A DNA stretch of 64,000 nt from Candidatus Heimdallarchaeota archaeon (GTDB taxonomy: Archaea > Asgardarchaeota > Heimdallarchaeia > Heimdallarchaeales > Heimdallarchaeaceae): positions 64,001 through 128,000 of the forward strand of contig JAUVXV010000011.1 in assembly GCA_030603365.1 (NCBI GenBank), in the 5' to 3' direction. Below the pieces are notes generated by a model. It saw only the letters and a program-made list of their open reading frames with translations, was not told the DNA's origin and did no database searches. Positions 56,351 through 64,000 of the stretch are shown piece after piece. Position 1 is the stretch's first letter; each line of letters starts with the position of its first letter. The position numbers and the translations under genes were made by a program.

Positions 56351-58315
56351 TATCTGACTCCGTCATTGGAAAAGGAACTAGAGAACCTTGAAACAGCAAT
56401 CTTTCAAGGCAAATATACTGAAGCTATGGAAAGGATAGAAGAAATTCTTAAAACCGAAGATATCACTTTAGAAAACAAAGTTAGAGCTCTAAATCTTAGA
56501 AGTTTAATTGAATTCTTCTTGGGAATTTTCATATTTGAACCAGAACGATTTAAAACCGCTCATGCTTTAGATTTAGAAGCTTATGAAGAGGCCTTAAAAA
56601 TTGACAATCCTACGCTTCTTTTTACTGCAACAATGTTTCTCTCATGGAGTAATTATAGACTTTCAATTTATAAGCATAGTAGAAAATTACGCCAAAAACT
56701 AGAGAGTACTTATGAAAGAATATGTTTAGAAGATCCAAGTGAAGCAAAGAGATTAGAACCGCTCTGGCTTATTCTTGAAGCATTACAATATACAATTCGA
56801 GCATTTCGTGGAGAACCAGTCCCTGAGGATCACTTTGAAGAGGGTATAAAACTGACAGAAGAAGCCATGAAACTTTCAGAAGAAGTAAATAATCTTTTTG
56901 CTAGACAAGGGAGTATAAGTAATCTCATAGTTTACTATTTTAGAACTGGAAGAAGGGAAGAACAATATAGTTACATCATTAAGCTTTTAGATTTTTGGGA
57001 AGAATTAGGAAACAAATATGCTGTAGCTCACGTACTAAGTATACTTGGGGGCTTCCATTATGATAATGGTGAGTATGAGTTATATTTAGATTACATGACT
57101 AAGAGATTGCGTATCTGGGAAGAACTAAAGAATGAAACAGGGATAGCTTCTCACAATATTGAAATGGGAGCTTATTATGAGTCTCAAAGAAAATATGATA
57201 AGACACTAGAATACTATAAGAAAGCTCTTGACTATTTCTCAACAAAAGAAGATTTACTGAGAGTTTCTTATATTTCTCAAAACATAGGTTATGTCTGTAG
57301 ATTGAAAGGAGATTTACTTCAAGCTTTGGAATTCACAAAGAAAGTATTTGATTATTGCAATGAAACGAAATATGAAGGTTGGTGGAATATTCTTCCTAAT
57401 TTATCAGCGATCTATTTGCTTATGGGTGATCTCGATAAAGCACTCCATTATGAGGAAGAAAATCTGAATCTCCATAAGACTACAAGTTATGCTCATGATA
57501 CTGCTTTTTCACTATCTAGAATCTGTATGATCTATTGGCAAAAAGGATTTGAAGATAAAGCAATATCTGATGCTCAAAAAAGTTTGAAGTTATTCGAAGA
57601 AATAGAAAACCCTCTATGGACAGGTAATATTCTTGCTGATCTAATTTTCTTTACTTCAGAGAAGTCTGACATAGATCTAGCTAGAAGTTATTTGGAAAGA
57701 TTGGAACAAATCGCAGAAGATTCAAAAGATACCAATCTAAGACTAGAACTCAATTTTTCTGAAGCTTTGATTCTTAAAAACAGTTCTAATTCAAGAGATA
57801 GACTTCGAGCTGAATTATTGTTTGAGAATCTACTAAGAGAAGAATTGACTTTTGCTTTCCGAATAAAGGTTCTAGTATCATTATGTGAGCTAATACTTCA
57901 GGAAATAAGTGTAACAAATGAAGTAGAGAGTTTTGCAAATCTAAAGAAGTATACTGAGGAACTATTCTCTCTCGCATCTGACAACAATTCATATTTGATT
58001 AAGTGTCAGACTCTTATCCTACAATCAAAATTAGCGCTTGTGGAGCTAAAGAAAACTCAAGCAGAAAACTTACTTGAAGAAGCAATGAAAATAGCAACTG
58101 AAGCGAAATTAGACAGATTGAAAAAAGTAATTTGGAAGGAACAAAGTAATTTTGATTCAATAAGAGAGATAATAATGAAACTAGATAGTAGCGCAAGAAT
58201 TACAGAGAAGCTTGAGTTACTAAAAGTTGAGAAAGGTATCAATAAAATCAAAAGAACAACTACAACTGAATCCATCATCGCTGACACGCCAATACCTCTA
58301 AAATCACATATCTAG
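56345..58315 (+). CDS. TPR-repeat protein (paralog 1)
   Basis: Repeated TPR helices such as A..L..LG..Y...G.Y..AL.YY.KAL. Confidence 0.9.
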   Translation: MGYLTPSLEKELENLETAIFQGKYTEAMERIEEILKTEDITLENKVRALNLRSLIEFFLGIFIFEPERFKTAHALDLEAYEEALKIDNPTLLFTATMFLSWSNYRLSIYKHSRKLRQKLESTYERICLEDPSEAKRLEPLWLILEALQYTIRAFRGEPVPEDHFEEGIKLTEEAMKLSEEVNNLFARQGSISNLIVYYFRTGRREEQYSYIIKLLDFWEELGNKYAVAHVLSILGGFHYDNGEYELYLDYMTKRLRIWEELKNETGIASHNIEMGAYYESQRKYDKTLEYYKKALDYFSTKEDLLRVSYISQNIGYVCRLKGDLLQALEFTKKVFDYCNETKYEGWWNILPNLSAIYLLMGDLDKALHYEEENLNLHKTTSYAHDTAFSLSRICMIYWQKGFEDKAISDAQKSLKLFEEIENPLWTGNILADLIFFTSEKSDIDLARSYLERLEQIAEDSKDTNLRLELNFSEALILKNSSNSRDRLRAELLFENLLREELTFAFRIKVLVSLCELILQEISVTNEVESFANLKKYTEELFSLASDNNSYLIKCQTLILQSKLALVELKKTQAENLLEEAMKIATEAKLDRLKKVIWKEQSNFDSIREIIMKLDSSARITEKLELLKVEKGINKIKRTTTTESIIADTPIPLKSHI

Positions 58316-58369
58316 AGAAAAACTACTACCAACATGACTAAATCAAAAAAAGAAGGATATAGAAGAAAA

Positions 58370-58750
58370 TTATTTTCTCTTCTTTCTAATTAAAATTATG
58401 CTTATAGAAACCACTGAAGCTATGAGTATTCCTGCTGTTGAGTAACTCAACTTGCGTGTTGATGAAGTAGGATTGACTGAGTCATCTACTGTGAAAGTAA
58501 AGACCATCTCTTCCATTTGACCCTTATCATGCATTAGACGAATGGAAATATTACGAACTCCTTCAGGTCCAGGTAATGTTACTTCATAAGGTGAGCTAAG
58601 TGGGTTGTATGGATCAGCATCGATTCTATATTCAACTGAAGCTATGTCAACTGTATCTATATCAAAGCCGATTACTGTATCAGAATGGACTGCTTCAAAG
58701 TTTGTATGAGAAGTTAGAGTTACAACCTCGCTGACTTTAAGATTACTCAA
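58370..58750 (-). pseudogene. 5'-truncated surface protein (Ig-like domain + C-terminal TM/basic anchor)
   Basis: It has an anchor but no signal peptide. The apparent TTG start lies inside the duplicated block that begins at 58740. Confidence 0.6.
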
Positions 58751-59017
58751 GTCATTTTATCTTAAATCAGTATGTAGATAGTGTTTTTTTGCGTAAAAAG
58801 TAGAAAAATGATAACAAAAAAGAAAGATGATTTCTATGGGGAAGAGGAAGAACCTAGTTTTGAAGAATTGTTTAAAAACTACGTGATAGACTTTGGAGTG
58901 TAAGAAAACAAACTGTTAACACTTTTTCTTTTATTCTTCTCTGAATTTCTTTTTCCCTTTTTCTCAAAAGAGTTATAATCTAGCTTTAGTATCGTTTAAT
59001 GATTCATAAAGGTGGGT
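58740..59017 (+). repeat. Duplicated ~280-bp upstream block, copy B
   Basis: Near-identical to 56069-56350. Confidence 0.95.
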
Positions 59018-60982
59018 AATCTGGCTTCATCATTGGAAAAGGAATTGGATAGACTTAGGAAAATAATCTTTCAAGGTAAGTATACTGAAGCAATGAATGG
59101 AATAGAAGAAGTTCTAGAAACTGAAAATATCTCTATTGAAAATAAAATTATAGCTTTAAATCTTAAAAGTCTTATTGAGTTTTATTTGGGAAAGTTTGTA
59201 CATCAACCAGATCGATTTAGAACCGCTCGTGCTTTAGATTTAGAAGCTTATGAAGAATCCTTGAAAATTGACAATCCTTCGCTTCTTTTTACTTCAACAA
59301 TATTTCTCTCATGGAGTAATTATAGACTTTCAATGTATAAGGAAAATCTTGAATTAGCCCTAAAACTAGAGAGTATTTATGAAAGAATATGTTCAGAAGA
59401 ACCGAGGGAAGCAAAGAGATTAGAACCTCTGTTTTTGATATTTAAAGCAGTAAGACCTGCAATTCGTTCATTTCTTGGAGAACCAGTCCCTGAAAATTAT
59501 ATTGAAGAGAGTATAAAACAAACAGAAAAAGCTTTGAAACTATCAGAAGAAGTTAATGATCTTTTTGCAAGATCTGGGGCTATTAATAATCTAATGGTTT
59601 TCTATTTGAGAACAGGAAGAATGGAGGAACATTATAGTTACATCATTAAGCTTTTAGATTTTTGGGAAGAATTAGGAAACAAATATGCTATAGCTTCCAC
59701 CCTCGGAGCTCTTGGACACTTTCATTTGGAAAATGGGGAGTATGATTTATATTTAGATTATATGAGTAAGAGTTTACGAATTTGGGAAGAATTAGAAAAC
59801 GACACAGGAATTGCTATTCACAATTCTGAAATGGGAGCATATTATGAGTCTCAGAGAAGATATAATAAAGCTCTGGAATGTTTTAAAAAAGCACTTGATT
59901 ATTTTACAGAAAAGGAAGATTTACTTCGCATCTCTTATATTTCTCAAAGCATAGGGTATGTTTATAGATTGAAAGGGGATCTGCTTCAAGCATTAGAATA
60001 TACAGAAAAAGTATATGATTATTGTTATGAAACCAAATATGAGGGATGGTGGAGTATTCTCCCTAATTTATCTGCAATTTACTTACTTATCGGTGATCTT
60101 GATAAAGCTCTGCAATTTGAAGAAGAAAATCTGAATCTCCATAAGAAAACTGAATATACTCTTGAAACTGCTTTTTCTTTGTCTAGAATCTGTATGATTT
60201 ATTGGCAAAAAGGATTTGAAGATAAGGCAATTTCTGATGCTCAAAAAAGTTTGAGATTATTCGAAGAAATAGAAAACTCTCTATGGATAGGTAATATTCT
60301 TTTTGATCTAATATTTTTTACTTCAGAGAAGTCTGAAATAGAGTTAGCTAGAGGTTATAGGAAAAGATTGGAACAAATCACAGCAGAAACAAAAGATAGT
60401 GTTCTGAAGCTTAAACTCAATTTTTCTGAAGCCCTGATTCTTAAAAACAGCTCCAATTCAAGAGAAAGACTTAGAGCTGAATTATCATTTGAAAACCTAC
60501 TAAGAGAAGACTTAGCTTTTTCTTTTCGAACAAGGGTTCTGATATCATTATGTGAACTAATACTTCATGAAATCAATTTAACAAATGAAGTAGAGAGTTT
60601 TGAAAATCTAAAGAAGTATGTAGGGGAGCTTTCCTCGATTGCATCAGATAACAATTCATACTTACTTACTTGCCAGACTCTAATATTACAATCAAAGTTA
60701 GCTCTTGTGGAACTAAACAAAAATCAAGCAGAAAACTTACTTGAAGAAGCAATTAAAATTGCTACTGAGGTAAATCTAGACAGATTGAAAAAAGTAATTT
60801 GGAAAGAACAGAGTAATATTGAAGCATATAAAGATGTAATAACGAAACTAGATAGTAGCGCAAGAATTACAGAGAAGCTTGGGTTGCTGAAAGTTGAGAA
60901 TGGAATCAAGAGAATCAAAAGAACAACTACAACTGAATCTATTGTTGATGACACCCCCATACCTTTAAAAATACATATCTGA
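59012..60982 (+). CDS. TPR-repeat protein (paralog 2)
   Basis: Same length (656 aa) as 56345..58315 and colinear with it. Confidence 0.9.
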   Translation: MGNLASSLEKELDRLRKIIFQGKYTEAMNGIEEVLETENISIENKIIALNLKSLIEFYLGKFVHQPDRFRTARALDLEAYEESLKIDNPSLLFTSTIFLSWSNYRLSMYKENLELALKLESIYERICSEEPREAKRLEPLFLIFKAVRPAIRSFLGEPVPENYIEESIKQTEKALKLSEEVNDLFARSGAINNLMVFYLRTGRMEEHYSYIIKLLDFWEELGNKYAIASTLGALGHFHLENGEYDLYLDYMSKSLRIWEELENDTGIAIHNSEMGAYYESQRRYNKALECFKKALDYFTEKEDLLRISYISQSIGYVYRLKGDLLQALEYTEKVYDYCYETKYEGWWSILPNLSAIYLLIGDLDKALQFEEENLNLHKKTEYTLETAFSLSRICMIYWQKGFEDKAISDAQKSLRLFEEIENSLWIGNILFDLIFFTSEKSEIELARGYRKRLEQITAETKDSVLKLKLNFSEALILKNSSNSRERLRAELSFENLLREDLAFSFRTRVLISLCELILHEINLTNEVESFENLKKYVGELSSIASDNNSYLLTCQTLILQSKLALVELNKNQAENLLEEAIKIATEVNLDRLKKVIWKEQSNIEAYKDVITKLDSSARITEKLGLLKVENGIKRIKRTTTTESIVDDTPIPLKIHI

Positions 60983-61067
60983 GACAAACTAATCCTTTTT
61001 CTACTTTTTTCAACAACAGTTATAATTCAGTTTGTAGAAAGTATATTGATTCAGGAAGGTTAACAAT

Positions 61068-63044
61068 ATGTCCATCTCCAAACAATTGGATGATATAGAG
61101 CAAAGAGTTTACGAAGGAAAATACCCAGAATCAATTCAAGAGCTTGGAATAATTCTACAAAAGAATCCAACACAAGAAGAAACAATAAGAGCCAAACTAC
61201 TAATTTCTTTGTCAGAAATATGGGTAGCTCAATTTGAAACCCGGAATAGAGTAACTTATCTAAGAGCCTATAATATTACACAAGAAGCATATGAGGAAAG
61301 TGTCAAAATCAACAATCTCTCTTATCAATTTGATTCTCTAATTTTACAATATGAATGTGCTCATTATCTACCAGAATTTGAAAAGGCTGAAAGAACATTC
61401 GAACAGATAGTTTCTCTTGCTCAGAAATTAAAGAATGAAGACTCTGAACTCTTCAAACTAAAAGAATCTTACTACATATTTGCTAAAGCAACCTTTACTG
61501 TTTTTAGTACTTACAAAGAAGTAGGAGAGTCTGAGAAGTTTATTGATTCTAGTATAAATCGGCTGAAAGAAGCATTGACGATAGCTCAAGAACAAGACAA
61601 TCACATGATTATTCCTTTGATATTGCTCTATATCTTCTACTTCTATTTCTACAAAGGAGATTTTGAGAAATATTTTGATAATACAACCAAACTACTGGAA
61701 TATGGAGAGAAGATGAATAACATCTATCTGATTGCAGAGAGTCATGGCCATTATTGTAATTACTACGGAGGAACCAGAAAATCTGAAGAATATATGGCTC
61801 AAATGATGAGAACCTTTGAAATTGTAAGAAAGATTGGAAACAAGGCAAAACTAGCTTCTCTTAATTCATTGATGGGATGGTATTACCTTTCAGTTGGAGA
61901 TTATGATAAGTCTCTGGAATACTATGAAAAGAGCTTTGATTATCATGAAAGAAACTATGATCAAGAAATCGATTATTCAAAAACAATTGGACATGCTTGG
62001 AGTCAGATCACTAGATCTGGTGTTTATAGTCTAAAAGGAGATCTTAAGGAAGCAATAAGAAGAGCAGAGGAAGGATATGAAATTCTAAAAAAAGAAAAAC
62101 CTCACTTGTGGTGGAATGCTCTTCCTAGTATAACACAGCTCTATCTATTAAAAGACGATCTAGATAAAGCTCTAGAAATTGTAGAAGTTAGGCTGAAACT
62201 CCACGAGAAAACGGGGTACACATTGCATATTGGAGGAGCGCTCAGAGTTAAAGGAATAATTCAATGGCAGAAAGGAATGGGAAAAAAAGCCATTGATACA
62301 ATTCAAAAGAGTCTTACTTATTTCAAACAACTAGATGATCCTATTCGTATAACCTATACACTCTATCTGATAGCTTATTATTACTCTGAAATGGGAGAAA
62401 TGGATTTAGCTAAGAAATTTGCAAAAGAATTTGAAAAAGCCAATCAAGAAATAAAGGGAGATCAGCTGAAATTTGAATCAAGTCATCTTAAAGCAACACT
62501 ATTGTTGAAAAGCGAAGATAGTGGTGATAAACATAGAGCTGAAGGAATCCTCGAAAATCTTTCACAAGGAAAACTATCGTATTCAGAATACATTACAATT
62601 AATCTATCGTTATGTGAAGCACTTCTGAAGAATGTTCAACAGACTGGAGATAAAACTAGTTACAGTAAACTGAAAGACCAAATACTAGAACTGTTCATCA
62701 GAGCGCAAGAAAATAACTCATACTCATTAATTGTAGAAACTCTTTTACTATGGTCAAAAATCGCATTAATTGAATTTAATGTGGACGAAAGCTCAGAAAA
62801 GTTGAATGAAGCAGAAAAATTAGCTGAAGAAAAAGGTCTAGAACGGTTATTGAAAGTGGTAAGAGAAGAAAAAGATAATCTCAAACCAGAAAGAAATAGA
62901 CTGATGAGATTAGATGGAGGAACTCCAATTAACAAGAGGATGGAAATAGTCAACTTTGATAGAAGAATGAATGGAATAAAGAAAACGAGTATGATTGAAA
63001 CAATAATCAAAGATACTGATCTCCAGCTTAAAGCTAACATATAG
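61068..63044 (+). CDS. TPR-repeat protein (paralog 3, diverged)
   Basis: Same architecture, with shared NNSY...TL.L.SK.AL.E and C-terminal LKxxI motifs. Confidence 0.88.
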   Translation: MSISKQLDDIEQRVYEGKYPESIQELGIILQKNPTQEETIRAKLLISLSEIWVAQFETRNRVTYLRAYNITQEAYEESVKINNLSYQFDSLILQYECAHYLPEFEKAERTFEQIVSLAQKLKNEDSELFKLKESYYIFAKATFTVFSTYKEVGESEKFIDSSINRLKEALTIAQEQDNHMIIPLILLYIFYFYFYKGDFEKYFDNTTKLLEYGEKMNNIYLIAESHGHYCNYYGGTRKSEEYMAQMMRTFEIVRKIGNKAKLASLNSLMGWYYLSVGDYDKSLEYYEKSFDYHERNYDQEIDYSKTIGHAWSQITRSGVYSLKGDLKEAIRRAEEGYEILKKEKPHLWWNALPSITQLYLLKDDLDKALEIVEVRLKLHEKTGYTLHIGGALRVKGIIQWQKGMGKKAIDTIQKSLTYFKQLDDPIRITYTLYLIAYYYSEMGEMDLAKKFAKEFEKANQEIKGDQLKFESSHLKATLLLKSEDSGDKHRAEGILENLSQGKLSYSEYITINLSLCEALLKNVQQTGDKTSYSKLKDQILELFIRAQENNSYSLIVETLLLWSKIALIEFNVDESSEKLNEAEKLAEEKGLERLLKVVREEKDNLKPERNRLMRLDGGTPINKRMEIVNFDRRMNGIKKTSMIETIIKDTDLQLKANI

Positions 63045-63152
63045 ACAAAAAATGGCAGTAAATTTCCTTGGTGTTTATATATTCAAATTTTACTTTTATT
63101 GAATTATGCTTGAAAAATTTCTCTTTCAATTCCAAAAAAAAAGAAGAGAAGG

Positions 63153-64000
63153 CTAGGTTCGTTCCTTCTTCTTTTTCAAGACTGAAACGATTGATAAAAT
63201 GCCTATTAATCCAATTAGTATAAGAAGTACAGAGATTTCTTGAAATTCTGGGACAGGTAATGCGTTAAGAGGATAAAGGTCTCTTGATGCTGCTAATCCA
63301 TCAACTAAGTAACTTTGTCTGGTGCCAAGATCATCCCATACATTCCCTTCTAGTGTTGAAGTATCGTACCAATAATTCTCTGTTCCGTCATCATATGCTT
63401 GAGAACCAGTTGTTAGTCTATTTGAAATGAAGTTGTTATGATGTATGTTGTTATTATAACTCTCATCATCCAAATAAACTGCGTAATTATCATTACCTTG
63501 TATCAGATTATTGGTGATATTAGAGTTCTCAGTATGCCTAAATTCTATTCCATAAATATCATTATTTTTGATAACATTATTATTCACTTTTACAAATTCT
63601 GTATAAACAAAATTCAGACCATACATATTATTCTGGACAGTGTTTTCTTGAACTAGAGTGAAGTTACCAGAGACATATGCTCCCCAACCACAATAACTAC
63701 ATGTATTATCGATAATTGTTGTATTATAACACCCATTTGAAATATGAATTCCAATCTCAAATGCGCTAATACTGTTATCTTCTATAATTGTGTTTGTCGA
63801 TTTATACACAAAGATACTTGCACCAGCGTATCCTAAGTGATTCAGAGTATTGTGTTTGACTGTACTATTAGTGCAGAAGAATAAGCTGATTCCTCTTAAG
63901 GAGTTCTGCATCATTTGATTTTCAACTGTGCATTTTGTTGCGTTTATTAAAAATAGCTGATTATAAATTGACACATTCAAAACAACATCTTGAATGCTAG
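63153..64000 (-). CDS. Parallel beta-helix (NosD-like) surface protein with PEF-CTERM, 5'-truncated by the window edge
   Basis: Beta-helix repeats, QAYDDG...GNVWDD...DLYPL, and VPEF + TM helix + KKKK. Confidence 0.82.
   Translation of the reverse strand, partial: SIQDVVLNVSIYNQLFLINATKCTVENQMMQNSLRGISLFFCTNSTVKHNTLNHLGYAGASIFVYKSTNTIIEDNSISAFEIGIHISNGCYNTTIIDNTCSYCGWGAYVSGNFTLVQENTVQNNMYGLNFVYTEFVKVNNNVIKNNDIYGIEFRHTENSNITNNLIQGNDNYAVYLDDESYNNNIHHNNFISNRLTTGSQAYDDGTENYWYDTSTLEGNVWDDLGTRQSYLVDGLAASRDLYPLNALPVPEFQEISVLLILIGLIGILSIVSVLKKKKERT

Noticed and set aside
348-63656. Numerous short ORFs overlapping long genes (e.g. 12819-13211, 23675-24148, 35315-35689, 62660-63040)
   Set aside because: They are antisense or out-of-frame shadows of well-supported CDSs and have no recognisable motifs.
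1-64000. CRISPR array, intact transposase/integrase, rRNA or tRNA genes
   Set aside because: I saw no regularly spaced repeat-spacer units, no DDE/HUH/tyrosine recombinase motifs, and no cloverleaf or rRNA-like tracts.

Overview
This is an AT-rich archaeal window, most likely from an Asgard archaeon (Heimdallarchaeia-like). The assignment is inferred from an Arf-family GTPase-longin fusion, DENN/longin proteins, and expanded TPR, LRR, zinc-ribbon membrane and beta-helix surface protein families. Housekeeping and catabolic genes include trpB2, guaB, ftcD plus a cyclodeaminase, lat, an SDR threonine dehydrogenase, acdA, an FrhB-like protein and DegV. A rubredoxin is present that the ORF track missed. 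I found no rRNA, tRNA, CRISPR array or intact transposase. The most unusual items are: (1) a PEF-CTERM surface protein with eight hydrophobic Ig-like repeats, each carrying an invariant Gln and Cys, a candidate Cys-Gln thioester cross-linked adhesin; (2) an unassigned ~90-120 nt multi-helix structured RNA upstream of lat; (3) three tandem, circularly permuted family-5 solute-binding proteins; (4) a chalcone-synthase-type type III PKS convergent with a reductive dehalogenase fused to an ABCE1/RLI-type Fe-S domain; (5) several longin/DENN fusion architectures; (6) a TPR gene duplication with a dispersed intergenic repeat and several 3'-terminal gene relics. All domain calls come from reading motifs by eye; no searches were run.
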